Assembly: GCF_902459465.1 (NCBI RefSeq)
Contig: NC_047082.1
Coordinates: forward strand, 9,362,001-9,426,000
Length of the DNA: 64,000 nt
Direction of reading: 5' to 3'
Origin: Asterias rubens
Taxonomy: Eukaryota
Positions 38,519-51,447 of this stretch are shown here, piece after piece (the stretch's first letter is position 1; each line of letters opens with the position of its first letter). The notes under the pieces were generated by a model. That model was not told the DNA's origin, did not search any database, and saw only the letters and a program-made list of their open reading frames with translations. Made by a program: the position numbers and the translations under genes.

Positions 38519-39121
38519 CCATTTAGCCACTGTACCGCCCAGCCGCATATAGCGATACACTGTATGCGGTACGAGGAAACCTCGCTAGCTTGTGTTTGTA
38601 GAAAAAAAGGAACATCAAAAGAAAACTCGATAATCATTAGTAGGTCTACGTATTTGTTAATATATCTAGTTGTTATAGATCGTTATTAATTCTCCCTTCA
38701 CAGTTGACTTGTCGAAGCTAATGATGATGAAATAATTTAGCCCTTACGAAAAATAAAACGCTCATTAGTAAACAGGAAACTGTTCATCATTTATGATGAT
38801 ATTGTCGAAAATTAACGCCTTCGCATTTAATCAGTATGAGCATTGAGCCAGACAAAAGCCTCGAAAAGCTATTGTGTTCATTTTATCCGTGCACACAAAT
38901 ATTCGCCATAACAATTACCGTAGCCATTTAACGAGAGGCATTTATTGTTCCCATGAGAACTGGTACTTTTATACAAATATTACTGAAAGGGTTAAAAAAA
39001 TTGTGCATACACATTAAGCCATGGCTATCTTTTAAAATTTGAACTACGATTCCAATAATTTACTGCAAGAATCTTGAGAAATTGGATTTCAGCAAACTCG
39101 GGCGGTGCAGGGACTAAAGGG
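38519..39121. mobile_element. ~600-bp piggyBac-type non-autonomous element
   Basis: ttaa|ccatttagccactgtaccgccc ... gggcggtgcagggactaaaggg|ttaa: TTAA duplication with CC...GG ends and a ~22-bp imperfect TIR. Confidence 0.7.
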
Positions 39122-39954
39122 TTAAGGGATGTTATTGGCCCAATTACCAGTGCACTGTAGGGTATACTGAAGTGCATGCGTTGATACATCGTTGTAAAAT
39201 GTGCTATTTAAAGAAACCGTTATTGTTTATATATTGAAACAAATAAAATCAACATTTTTAGGACATCGCTTTGTAGGTGTTTGAAGAAGACCTTATTTTG
39301 AATTTCTTGATAATAATAATGTGTTTTGTTTTGTGCTTTACGTTTTAGAGGCATTTCAATTGGTACGAATTATCTTGCAATGTGACTGGTATCGTATCAT
39401 GAGCCATTTCAACAGCTTTATTCATCATACTACAACTCCTTGCATGGTTCATATTTCCCTCTGTCATACAATCGAGACTGTTTTAAGAGGAATATAAATT
39501 TATAACTTCAGCTCCCCGAAGTTATTTTCGAATTATATAAGTTGTGTTCATTTTGTAGCCCATACCAAGAGTGGCTTTAACCTATTTTGGGGCGAATTTG
39601 CATATAATTGTGTTTAATGTCTATCATTAGTCGGCTAATTCATCCTTAATCGTCAAAGGTTGTATTCCAACCCTTGAGTATAAATCTCAAGCGGGAACAT
39701 GAGACAGACCGAACCCATCCACGCACTACTAACCAGATCGCAACTGGCTAAATGCTGGTATCGATTAGAAGCAACTCTATTACACCCCCGCGGTACCCAG
39801 ACTCGGGCTTTCCCTGAGTAACCATTGACACTGATCAAGAAACACGCTGACTAAAATGAAGCATGGTCCCTCGGCTTATAGAGACAAGAGAGAGAATGAA
39901 CACACCCGGAACGTGCTTTTGGCTGAAGCTTTAACAGCATGTAATGCACTTTTA

Positions 39955-40159
39955 AGCCCTTTTCACACGAGAGTAATTTAGCAATGGTCCTTGTTAAATT
40001 GTAGCATGATTGTACAATTTAACAAAATGGACCTCGTGTGAAAGGACAACAGTTTGTCTACTGTTCAAGTTCTCTAGCAAAATCTTGTCAAACATTGCTA
40101 CATGTTCAGCCATGCAAAACAAGGGACCCCAGTTAAATTGATGTCGTGTGAATAGCACT
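39955..40159. mobile_element. ~205-bp MITE with TTA flanks (Harbinger-like)
   Basis: tta|agcccttttcacacga ... tcgtgtgaatagcact|tta. Confidence 0.6.
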
Positions 40160-40448
40160 TTAGGTGTTCTAACTGTGGATTTATGTAGGTCAATGAAACC
40201 TGAGTCTAATCATGCAAAAGGGGTTAATGCCACTTGACAGTCGCATGCTTGAAACGGATAGGCCGACCGACAGGTTTACTCAATGTCTGTTTAATTCAAT
40301 TTAGAAATCTACAGAAACGCTAATAAAACATGCATTCTTAACGATTAGCAACACAGACAAGATGATGGTGGTAAAACTTCACACATATACTGTAAAATGA
40401 CCGTGCTCTTAGACCGTTTCAATGACATTAATAAAGAGATCATTTAGA

Positions 40449-40635
40449 NNNNNNNNNNNNNNNNNNNNNNNNNNNNNNNNNNNNNNNNNNNNNNNNNNNN
40501 NNNNNNNNNNNNNNNNNNNNNNNNNNNNNNNNNNNNNNNNNNNNNNNNNNNNNNNNNNNNNNNNNNNNNNNNNNNNNNNNNNNNNNNNNNNNNNNNNNNN
40601 NNNNNNNNNNNNNNNNNNNNNNNNNNNNNNNNNNN
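40449..40635. other. Assembly gap (187 N)
   Basis: Run of N. Confidence 1.
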
Positions 40636-41342
40636 CTATTGGCAATTACTCAAAATAATTGTTAACATTACAAATTATGTTAAAGGGTCTATGTAACTGT
40701 TGTATGACAACAAACACAATGTCCACAGATTTACACTAAACTAACACAGTTTGAAGATAATGATAGTAGAAAGCTTCCCTGAAAATATTATGTGCTGAGG
40801 TGCTGCAGTTTTTGGGAAATGAGTAAAACAATGTCATGAAAATAATTTTCGTCTCATGAGACGAAAATTATTTTAATCATTTACAAACGTATTTTCATGC
40901 CATTGGTTTAATCGTTTCTCAAAAACTACAGCACCTCAGTAAGTAAAATTTGAAGGGAAGCTTTCCACTATCATTATCTTCAAACCCTGTAAGTTTAATG
41001 TAAATCTATGGAAATTTTGAAAAGGTACCCAAATCCTTTAACTAGCAACGGAGAGCTGTTGGTAGTACAAAACATGTCAGAAACGGCTCCCTCTGAAGCA
41101 GTTTTTGAGAAAGAGGTTCTTTCTCACTCAATACTGAAACACTTTAAGCGATAATCCTTTTATTATGCATATGAAAGCATATTAAATTGTACAGCAAGTG
41201 TTTTTTTTTCTGTCATTATTCTCTTGCAATTTCGATGACCTTTTATTCCAAATGTTCACAGGTTTGCTATTTGGTGCATATGTTTGGATATACCAAATGA
41301 GACTACTGGTCTTTGACAAATAACCAAAGGTGTCAAGTGCCT
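40636..41342 (-). mobile_element. AGGCA MITE, subfamily B, host of a nested insertion (left end in the gap)
   Basis: ctattggcaattactcaaaat ... aaaggtgtcaagtgcct|ttaa. Confidence 0.8.
40684..41037 (+). mobile_element. AGGGTCTA MITE nested in the subfamily B copy
   Basis: ttaa|agggtctatgtaac ... tacccaaatcct|ttaa; very similar to 34511-34868. Confidence 0.9.
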
Positions 41343-43303
41343 TTAACTTACTGTGTAATATCCAAAAGTATAGCTGCGAAGATCAAAACAAGTATTTTAT
41401 ATTGTAAAGGCATTATTTGGCTTCGGTTTAGAAATCAATCCTTTTGGGAAATATGGACTATTAATTCATCTTCATCAGAAAAAAACCACTCCCCAAACCT
41501 ATCATTCGACTTGAACAAACTTATTCATTAACTTAAAATGGTAACCCAACTAAGGGTTGCAATCACAGCTAGGACTGTTTACCAATGGGAGTTTTCCAAA
41601 ATATCAATGTATCGTCACTTGATACATCTTTTGTTGTGTGAAAATAATATCGCAATGCTAATGGAATTTGAACCTTAACTACGCTCAAACTAAACTCTTT
41701 TATTTATTCCTTATTCAAACTAAACTCGTACTGTTAAGAAATGCAATGCAGTGCTTATAACAACACTGGCACATCTTTCAACTCGGACTGGATAGCTGGG
41801 TTTATTTGTTCGATACCAAGCATAAAGATCCCCTGGATGTGCGATATCACCCTCGGTAAACCCTAACCGGATTATTCGGAACGTAAGGAACACTGTATAC
41901 AATGAGCGGATAAAATAAACATGGTATTAAATATTCGGAATAATAGGAACATATCTCTAAGTTTAGCATCGGAACTGATTAAAGAAAAACAATTCTTATC
42001 CAATAGGGATATCTCAGAACAATGATTCTATAGATTGATTTCGTCGAAGAGAATATACACCAATGATCAAGTTAAAGTTTCATTTTGACAAACAAAAGCG
42101 GTCGGTAAACAGAGATTCGCTCCGACTCGTCTTTCCATGGAAGATTTGAACAATGAAAACTACGTCTGTGGATGTTAAATATAAGATTCATTCAATCTGT
42201 CTAGCTTCATAGGTTTTGAGAAATGGAAAATGTTGTTGGATATAGAAATGTAGAAAGTTTAAAATGTCAGCTCGTAATTTGTTAAGATTTTTTAAGACAT
42301 CGTTGACTTCGATGACTTCACACATTTTGCAGTGATTCTTGATTTGTAGAACAAATAATCATCTGTTACAAACTGCTTGCCAACCAAAATACATGGAATT
42401 CAGTACAGAGCATAGTTAATGGCCCGACAATTCGACCCTAGAGCCGAGCCTATCTTTTGTGACAAATGAATAGAATCTTCCCGTAGGCCAGACTGAAGCA
42501 TGTCATCGTGTCCCCTTAAATTATATGATCACCGTCAGGCTTAATGTACTCATAGAAACAATCCCCCACACCTCCCATCCCGCCTCTCACTTGTTTACAC
42601 AAATTAGCTGCTTTGCAATGAAGTCAACTGTTCAATTTATAGAAGATACCTTTTTTTCTTCTTCCCCTTAATAAATTAGCCCAGTTTTGATGAGCATTAG
42701 CGCAGATCAAACGTGCGATGGCCTCACTTCGTTTCATTACATAAGTAAATACAAAACTCTTCTTAACTTGGTATCCGAACGGCAGGCTTTTAGCCGACGG
42801 GTGGTTCTTAAACAATGTCACAGTGACGAGGAGGAAATGTAGGACAGGCTTTTAACCAAAACAGGACTAATCCAACAGAAATGTGGCCATGTTGTACATG
42901 TCAAACTTTGCCTTGCACTTTTTTTGAAGAAAAAAACTCGTGCTTGACGTGTTTTCCCGCCAAATGTTTGACCATGTTTTTTTTACATTTAGCGTAACGT
43001 ATGGCTGACTAGACAATTTATAGCTGTGTCAATGTTTAACTTGTTTAATGGTGTAGAAAATTGAAGTTGTCCATTGGAGGATGCAGCTACCTGAAGCCTG
43101 CTGTGCTGTCTAACGGGGGATTCGAGGCTGTAGCTTTAACTGTGGAAGCTTCGTTTGAGCATGGAGGAAGGACTCCATGGTTTGAGTCAGTGTTACTAGA
43201 CTACACATAATTATTTCGATGTTGGTGAACCACTGGTGGTATAAATGGATAATGAACTTAGTGAAAGCGTTTACGTTTTATACAAGGCCACAAATTTGAT
43301 ATA

Positions 43304-43566
43304 AAACGAATTAGTCGGAAGTTCCGCCACCCTAAACAGAATAGTTTGACTCCAACTTATCCATGTCCCCAAAAGTTTGGAGTAAGTTTCTTTGTAATAT
43401 GCTATTTTTCAATGCATAAAACTCACGAATCATAATAACTATCAACAACATCAACAACAAGGCAACGTAAAAAAAAACTGAAATTGAAACGAATTAGTAA
43501 TGCCTAAGCAGAAGAATTTGATTCCCCCCAAAAAAACTTATCCATGTACCAAAAGTTTGAAGTAGT
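43304..43566. repeat. Local diverged duplication (~80 bp, spaced ~183 bp apart)
   Basis: aaacgaattagt...acttatccatgt.ccaaaagtttg.agta at 43304 and 43487. Confidence 0.55.
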
Positions 43567-44196
43567 ATGGTCAGGTTGCAATGTATGAAGTTCACGATCA
43601 ATAATGTTCCCTGTGGAGCATGTCAATAAGAAAAATCATTTTGAATATTCATCACGTTCGCTTACTCCGTAGCTGGTAAATACGCACCGCGTCTATTGGT
43701 CAGCTGAACAATGTGTCATACATTGAATGGACGCATGACTATTTGTCGTTGTGCATTTCGCTTGTCCCCACACAACCTGATTCCCTCCTCGAGACCAAAT
43801 CCATAGGGTTTTCCCACACTGAGTTCAAATATTATTTCGGAAGCCGAAGCTTGTCTTTTATGATGCAGCTGCCTTAATGAGGTTTGGAGAGAATGCTCGG
43901 TGTTTATTTAAAGCCTCCGTGCAGGATGGAAAAAGATGCGGTTTCCTGTGTGATGGAGTGAGAGTTCGTCAACTGCCGCTAAATGTTATTTCCCAATCAC
44001 ATTAGGCTGTACTTTGTCGACAATGACATCAGTTCATTCAATAACGAAGAGGGGATCCCCGAGGTCGAGTTAAAGATTAAAGATTAACAAATATTTATTG
44101 TCATGATAAAAAAAAACATGAAATGTGTCTTCCCTTGGTCACTAATAGGTTGAGGTTATTAAAGGGAAGTTATGCGTTCAGTAATCACTCTAATAA

Positions 44197-44258
44197 AATC
44201 CGGAAGGTTGTTGGTTCGAATCCAACTCTAGTCAATTCTTTGTTCAACCCCAAAAATC
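44197..44258 (+). mobile_element. Short tRNA-derived SINE fragment
   Basis: B-box ggttcgaatcc in aatccggaaggttgttggttcgaatccaactctagtcaattctttg; no A-box or cloverleaf. Confidence 0.55.
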
Positions 44259-44537
44259 AAAATAAACTACTATGGAAACTGTTGGTAAGAAGAAGGGCTT
44301 TGATAGTATAAAGAAATTTGTGAAACATTTCACTTCAAAGTAATGTGGTTATCTGAAAATAACATAAGATTTTATCTCACAAAATTTAAATCTTAGAGGC
44401 GTTTTTGCGGTAACGTTTCTCAGATTGTGTATTCCTAGTGACGATTCCTCCAGCAGTGACATAACTCGCTCCGGTCTTCGGCGACATCTCAATAAGAAGA
44501 TCACAGGTTTATTTGTTGTATATGTGACTGTATTTTA

Positions 44538-44929
44538 AGACACTGGACACTATTGGTAATTGTCAAAGACTAGTCTTCACAGTTGGTGTTTCTCAACATA
44601 ATATGCATACAATAACAAACCTGTGAACATTTGAGCTCAGTCGTGTTGAAGTTGCGAGATATTAATGAAAGAAAAAAAACCACCCTTGTCGCACCTTGGT
44701 CACACGAAGTTGTGTGCTTCCAGATGCTTGATTTCGAGACTTCAAATTCTAAACTTGAGGTCTCGACATCAACTGTGTGGAAAATTACTTCTTTCTCAAA
44801 AACTACGTAACTTCAGAGGGAGCTGTTTCTCACAATGTTGTATAATATCAACCTCCCCCATTACTCGTCATCAAGAAAGGTTTTATGATAATAATTATTT
44901 TGAGAAATTACCAATAGTGTCCACTAAAT
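44538..44929 (+). mobile_element. AGGCAGTGGACAC MITE, subfamily A
   Basis: agacactggacactattgg ... ccaatagtgtccactaaat|ttaa. Confidence 0.88.
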
Positions 44930-45392
44930 TTAAAGTGTGATTAAAAACAATGACCCGGTTCCAAAAAAACATGCGTGGGGGTTGGAGTCTTGAACACGTT
45001 TATAAAAATACGTTACGTTCAATTGTTTTGTTGTAATCTTACATTAAACGTACATCACCAGTGTGCAATAAAGAATCATTTAATTATTTGGTTCACAACT
45101 GACCAGTTATTGTTAAACGACATGGTCAGTGTGCATCAGCTCCTGTGTTCTTGACCCGGAAACCCATTCCTAATAAATGGATCTGGCACATCGGTTGTTT
45201 TCAGGTCAGTTTGTACAGGCCCCCAAGGTGTTTACAGGCAAGTAAATGCGCTTGTTTTCGTTTCCTAAAAGCATCAGAACGTGGGTTATTGCTGAATTAG
45301 TTACCTATGGGATATAATCACTAAGAGAAAAAAAAGCAATGTAGTGTGTGATTCATAGAACCAACCATCCAGACAGACAGACAGAATGTTAA

Positions 45393-45770
45393 AGGTAGTG
45401 GACACTATTGGTAATCACTCAAAATAGTTATCATCATAAAACCGTTCTTGATTACAAGTAATGGGGAGAGGTTGATAGTATAAAACATTGTGAGAAACAG
45501 CTCCCTCTGAAGTGACGTAGTTTTCGAGAAAGATGTAATTTTCCACGAATTTTATTTCGAGACCTCAAGTTTAGAAATTGAGGTCTCTAAATCAAGCATC
45601 AGAAAGCACACAACTTCGTGTGACAAGGGTGTTTTTACTTTCATATATATCTCGCAACTTCGACGACCGATTGAGCTCAAATTTTCACAGGTTTGTTATT
45701 GTATGCCTATGTTGAGATACACCAACTTTGAAGGCTAGACTTTGACAACTACCAATAGTGTCCGGAGTCT
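45393..45770 (-). mobile_element. AGGCAGTGGACAC MITE, subfamily A
   Basis: ttaa|aggtagtggacac ... gtgtccggagtct|ttaa. Confidence 0.92.
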
Positions 45771-46807
45771 TTAAACAGAGTGAGCTCTTTAGATTCTAAT
45801 ACCTGTCTTCAATCTCCAGGGACGACGGGTCTACATTTGAGTGGGACAGGAATATAGAGGAGGCTCTAACATCAAAATGTTCAATTATTTTTTTCGTGGA
45901 CACCCTCGTTCACCTGCTTCGCACCAACTACTCCGTCCCTAATTGTATATTCAATTAATTTTCCCCACACGTGAGGTGTATATATATATATTTTTTTTTT
46001 TACTTAGGAGCATCTGGGTCGCATTCCTGCTCGGAAGAATTTTGATTGAAGTCTTGAGGATGGGTAAGCGGGCAAAAAAAGGGTTGTGAAAAGGGGCAAG
46101 GCTAAATTTCTTTTCAGTTTCCCAATCAAAAAAATCCCTGCGAATCATTTTACGAAACTTTTATCAGAGTGATGCCCACTCGAGGCAGGCCAAAGACCCC
46201 CAGCCGGAATTAGTCAACGAAGTATAGATGCTTGATATGAAAGTAAAAAAAAAAAAAAAAAAAAAGGGGAAATTTGGGAAATTGAAAGCACAGCCCATCT
46301 CTATTCAATTTGGGGAAAAAAAACCAATACGCTTAAATCACACAACGTTTTAACGGTTTGGAGATATCAATACTCGTCTACTGAAGATAGCAAGAGCACA
46401 TTGGGAGTTAATTCCCGTCCGCGGGTTGTTGATCCAGCATCACCGTCCCTTAATCTGTATTCCATTTCTCGGGTGTCCGTGAGAGTAGTGGCCGGTGTTA
46501 ATATCCTAACAATCTAGCTTAAGGGTCGAGGGCACGGGATATAAGGTGGATCAAATGGTTCGGGATAGAACACATTTAACCGTAATGCGAGATGAATTTG
46601 AAGGGTATGGACGGAGGACGTCGCTAAAAGACTAAGCGAGGCCTGGCATATTATCTTTCTATATTTGTTTGTTGAGGGTGAGCGTGTGTGTTTTAAGAAA
46701 ATTTTCTTTCGGTGGGATTAAATCGACGAAGGACTTGATATCGTTTTCCATTCTAAAACAAAAACTAACGGGTATCTTCGAGACTTTGACAATATTAGGT
46801 TTCTTAA

Positions 46808-46833
46808 AGGCAGTGGACACTATTGGTAATTAG
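46808..46833. mobile_element. Isolated TIR stub of the AGGCA MITE
   Basis: ttaa|aggcagtggacactattggtaattag, then unrelated sequence. Confidence 0.7.
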
Positions 46834-46858
46834 CACTTATATTTACTGTATCGGTTAA

Positions 46859-47236
46859 ACGCACTGGACACTATCGGTAAATACTCAAAATAGTTTCAGC
46901 ATAATAACTTACTTGGTAAAGATCAATTGAGACATGTTGATCGTATAAAACAACGTGAGAAACGGCTCCCTCTGAAGTAACATGTAGTTTTGAAAAGGAG
47001 GTAATTTCTCGCTCAATTTATTATAAGAATACATCAGGTCTGAACCTTTATTATAGGGCAGCATCTGAAAGCCCACACATTACCTTGTACAAGAGTTTGT
47101 CTCTTTTCTTTATTATTATCTCGCAATTTCGAAGACCAATTGAGTTTAAATTTCCACAGATTTGTTCGTGCATAATGTTCGGATACACCAGGTGATAATA
47201 CCGGTCTTCGACAATTACCAAAGGTGTCCAGTGCCC
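46859..47236 (-). mobile_element. AGGCA MITE, subfamily B
   Basis: ttaa|acgcactggacactatcgg ... ggtgtccagtgccc|ttaa. Confidence 0.85.
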
Positions 47237-47484
47237 TTAAATCAACTCGACTGAATCGCTACATATGTATGAAGGAAAACGGCATCCTCACCATGATTAA
47301 CATTTGAGTGCAGTTGGGTAAGGACCAGTATAATTCATCTAGATTATTCAACGAATGATTAATTTGTAACGCCAGTTGGAAGCGATTGACATGATCACTT
47401 GGTACCATTGCCTTATTCGATCGATTATAATCATTATACAACCTAAAAAATCATCTCAACAACATGTTTCCCTTATACGTTTAA

Positions 47485-47555
47485 AGACAGCGGATACTAT
47501 TGGTAATTGTCAAAGACCAGTCTTCTCACTTGGTGTTTCTCAACATATTATGCAC
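47485..47555 (+). mobile_element. Left-end stub of the AGGCA MITE
   Basis: ttaa|agacagcggatactattggtaattgtcaaagaccagtcttctcacttgg. Confidence 0.8.
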
Positions 47556-47557
47556 TC

Positions 47558-47606
47558 TTCAGAGGTTCATGGGCTCGAATCCCACCCGAGTAAAATGCCT
47601 GTTTTT
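47558..47606 (+). mobile_element. tRNA-derived SINE fragment (family of 20050-20195)
   Basis: gggctcgaatcccacccgagtaaaatgcctg, B-box-like. Confidence 0.5.
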
Positions 47607-47627
47607 GCTGTTGTTGTTGTTGTTGTT

Positions 47628-47682
<55 letters not shown>

Positions 47683-47699
47683 TCGTCGTCGTCGTCGTT
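47607..47699. repeat. Compound (GTT)n(GTC)n microsatellite
   Basis: Read directly; explains the poly-V, poly-S and poly-R ORFs. Confidence 0.95.
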
Positions 47700-48384
47700 T
47701 AACATCTAGGCCAATGACTGAATAAATATCAGGGCTACCTTTAAGATCAATAAGCTGAAACCCCGGTTGCACAGAGTGGTGCGTTAATTGAGTATGCTCA
47801 CATGACATAATTAAACTCTCAAGGTTAGGTGAGTTACGCGAAGATTAAACGCAATACTTCTATCGCAGCGTTGATTTTGTTTTTCCTCGATTGGAGGTCG
47901 CGTATGTACAAGGTCATGATCATGCATTGTTTTGTTGTTTGATTTAATGTAGCAGGTAAAAATAACAAAGACAGGTGGTTTTAAAAGGTATGTCGATCCG
48001 AAAACGAGCCTACCATTTTATTAAAAAAAGCAATATCTAGACTGGGAAAAGGAATCATTAAAAACGACGTATCTGGTTAAACTCGAATTATTAAGTTACT
48101 GGGTTGGTTTGCGTCAGCATGGGTGTATTCGAGACCCAATTGTGCAAGAGTATAATCGATATAAAATGATGTAACTATATTATCGTGAACCAGATATCGT
48201 GAGAGTTACAGCGAAAGAGGACCATTTCGAATTGAAACTGAACCTTATATTCAATTATTTTCTTGAATAACATTCCACTGCAAACCTTGATGTTGACCGT
48301 GGCGTTTATGAAGACCTCATTTTAACAGTCGCTAATGAAAACCTTGTTGCTGTGGCGAAGGTTTACTAAGCAATAATAAATTAA

Positions 48385-48756
48385 AGGCTCTGGACACTAA
48401 TGGTAATTGTCAAAGACCAGTCTTCTCACTTGGTGTATCTATTCATAAAATAACAAACCTGTGAAAATTTGAGCTCAATTGGTCGTCGAAGTTGCGAGAT
48501 AATAATGAAAGAAAAAGCACCCTTGTCACACGAAGTTGTGTGCTTTCAGATGCTTGATTTCGAGACCTTAAGTTCTAAACCTGAGGTCTCGAAATCAAAT
48601 TCGTGGAAAATTACTTCATTCTCGAAAACTATGGCACTTCAGAGAAAGCCATTTCTCACAATGTTTTATACCATCAACCTCTCCCCATTACTCGTTACCA
48701 AGTAAGGTTTTATGCTAATAATTATTTTGAGTAATTACCAATAGTGTCCAGTGTCT
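48385..48756 (+). mobile_element. AGGCAGTGGACAC MITE, subfamily A
   Basis: ttaa|aggctctggacac ... gtgtccagtgtct|ttaa. Confidence 0.92.
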
Positions 48757-50027
48757 TTAAGAATCTCCGGGTGCAACATTTGTGATGTCAACCTTTTGTA
48801 TTCTCATTTTATTTTTCCGTAAAAAGGAAACGTGTACATTGTATGGGTTATTATTTGTTTTCTGAGAAGACAAAAAAAACGTCGGTCTGTAGATGAATGT
48901 CACAGGATGTTTTGATTCACTCACGACTTTCAATGTTTTTGTTTAAGACCGAAATTTGAAACATGACGTCAATTGATTTTACCAATAATTTGTTCTTTAT
49001 ATTACAAGGAGGAATTGTTCGTTAGGCAAAGGGTCAAATTAAACTATTTATTATGTTTTAATCCTTTCAAGATAAATACAGGATCTAAATATCAGCACAA
49101 CTAATATCCAATAAGTGTAAAGAAAAAAAAACAAACAAAAAAACCAGCAATTTGCCAAAATTTTATTATGTGATTTTTTTGCGGAATTTAGATTTAACAC
49201 ACTAAGGACAAATTGTTTATCTCGGTCTTCTCGTAGATGAACATCCAGTCAACTATACTCTAATTGCTCACTCGTAATGAGCTAATGATTTTTGTGTTTC
49301 CAGGAACACAAAAAGTCAATTAGAAGCAAGACATGGATCACTTTGCACTTAAGCACCCTGCAAGCCATACCTATGGATTATTCAGTCGATCGATGCACGC
49401 TATAGCCGCAGATTGACTGTAGCCACATCAAGACTCACTATAGGGAAATCACCAAAATTAAAATTCTAAATCCACTCAATACAACTGTAGTTAAAAACCC
49501 GTGCGGTGAGATGAGGGTTAGGGTATCATGCACAGAAGCTAGATTTTAATCAGTTTTGTGGTAATTTAAATGTTAAATGGTATCTAATTGATGCTCATTA
49601 TCAGACAAATAAATTAAAGTTAAGTTTCGAGTTACAGGTACCAAAAGGTACGTGAGCTCTCAAAATATAGTCTTAAAGAAACTTAAGACCTGCTAGTGTG
49701 AAATATTTCTTAAATTTACTCTATTTTGAACATTATTAAAACTTCTACACTGTCTTCATAAAAAAAAATGCTGGTTTATAAGGGTTTCTTAAATTTGATA
49801 CACCATTGAGATTGTGGACTGAATGCAACAATCGGTGATTGCAGTTTTTGTTTTTCTTCTTTTTTTCTCTTTTTTCATTCTTTTTTCCCCCTTAGCGATT
49901 TGAAAGTCTACACCGGTTTGAAAGTTCACTGCAGTATTTATTGTATCTTTATTAAACGGGAGCCATCAGTGCTGGTTTTCTTTGTACTGTTTTATAGTCT
50001 GCTTGTTCTTGCTTGGTTAATGCAACG

Positions 50028-50375
50028 TTTCCATTGAATCCCATCGAGTCCCATTGGTATTTTGAATGGGGTTCAATGGGATTCAATTAGGTTCAATGGG
50101 ATACCTGTCGATCCTATTGGATCCCATTGAATACGTCACAAATACCACACCAATCCCATTGAATCCCATTGGGTCCCATTGATATTTTGAATGGGATTCA
50201 ATGGGATTCCATTGTTTTAATGATATTCAGTGGGATTCAATGGGATCCCCTATCAATCCCATTGGATCCCAATTATTTCCCAAATTCCACACCAACCCCC
50301 ATTGAATCCCATTAAATCCCATTCAAATGTGCGATGTGATCCCATTAAATTCCATTGATTTGTTTCAATGGGAAT
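50028..50375. repeat. Bidirectional CCCATTGAAT/ATTCAATGGG decamer repeat with a ~125-bp higher-order period
   Basis: ccattgaatcccat...tattttgaatggg.ttcaatggg at about 50031 and 50156; partial third unit at about 50298. Confidence 0.85.
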
Positions 50376-50897
50376 GTTTTCCTTGGCTTGACAGAGGAGT
50401 TCACCCCATTTTCCACCAAATAAGGTGCCTGCTAAGAACTGAAATTCACACAGTTTAGCATCTTAAAATTTTACTTGGATTATAACTTGGTATACATCCA
50501 AACAACTTCCGATTGCATTATACTTCCGTCGGTTAATTAACATACATAAGAAACAAAGGCTGTTTTTAATTGCAAACAGCATGACGTAAACAACCTTTCT
50601 GTGTATAAGACTAAGCAATGTAATTACTTTCTACTAACCAGCCGAATTAAACAGCCCGACCTTCCCGCTCGGGCCTCTGGCTTTCCGATTGCATCCAAAT
50701 TGCCTCAATTGATGATGTTGAGAACCTAGATTAAAATGTTGTTGTACCACGGTGCTTCTTGCTTCATCAAAAAATATTACCCAGGTATACGAGGTACACG
50801 CTTACGGTGGGGTCATCGAGCAAATGAAACTTAATTTGCCTTCAATGATGACCAAAATTATGCAAATAATTTTCAGTAGAGGTGTGAATGTTGACTA

Positions 50898-50998
50898 GGG
50901 GCCTTTCTCAAACCACGGCTTGGGCTCCGGCTCAGGCTTAGGCTTATCAGCACGCGGAGCCTGAGCCGGAGCCCAAGCCGGGGTTTGAGAAAGGCCCC
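50898..50998. mobile_element. ~100-bp near-perfect GC-rich hairpin (small foldback MITE)
   Basis: ggggcctttctcaaacc.cggcttgggctccggctcaggct / agcctgagccggagcccaagccggggtttgagaaaggcccc. Confidence 0.8.
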
Positions 50999-51275
50999 TG
51001 GAGGTGTAGTATCACTATTCGGCCATTGATATACCACAGCGTTCAGTTTATAGTCAGACAATCAAACCTGAGGTGTTCACCATCATAAATACAAAATATA
51101 ACACAGATAGGGCCTATGCAAATGTACGATGTACTTCATGTACGATGCAAACACAAACGTCTACAGATTGACATTAAAGATTTAAAGATACTGATTGCAG
51201 AACATGAAATTAATTTGTTAAATCATTCAATTAAAACAAAATCCATACAATTTCTGACATTAAATTCGAGGCTAT

Positions 51276-51447
51276 AGACCTTTATCACGGTGTGGCCATG
51301 TTAGTGTTACGCCATTCCAACTCATTGTAACCAAATTGAGTCTGGACGAAACAATAGTCTGGTGCCATATTTGCACAATGAATGAATTTTAGCGTTCATT
51401 ACTGTTATGGGAACATGACCAAGATGGTGACAGCGTGATATAGGTCT
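51276..51447. mobile_element. 172-bp MITE with an AT target duplication and AG...CT ends (ISL2EU-like)
   Basis: at|agacctttatcacg ... cgtgatataggtct|at. Confidence 0.6.

Noticed and set aside
40409-40658. ORFs across the N run
   Set aside because: Artefacts of the assembly gap.
42190-42340. Protein-like 50-codon minus-strand stretch (CEVIEVNDVLKNLNKLRADILNF...)
   Set aside because: Too short, flanked by stops and not assignable to any family.
44197-44258. GGTTCGAATCC B-box hits here and at 20152, 26875 and 47571 as possible tRNA genes
   Set aside because: None forms a complete cloverleaf; each continues into SINE body sequence.
47376-47808. Poly-Val, poly-Ser and poly-Arg ORFs
   Set aside because: Translations of the (GTT)n(GTC)n microsatellite plus a MITE stub.
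49432-49446. GACTCACTATAGGGA, a 15-nt match to the T7 promoter core
   Set aside because: The upstream TAATAC is missing and no vector or adaptor sequence flanks it; treated as coincidence.
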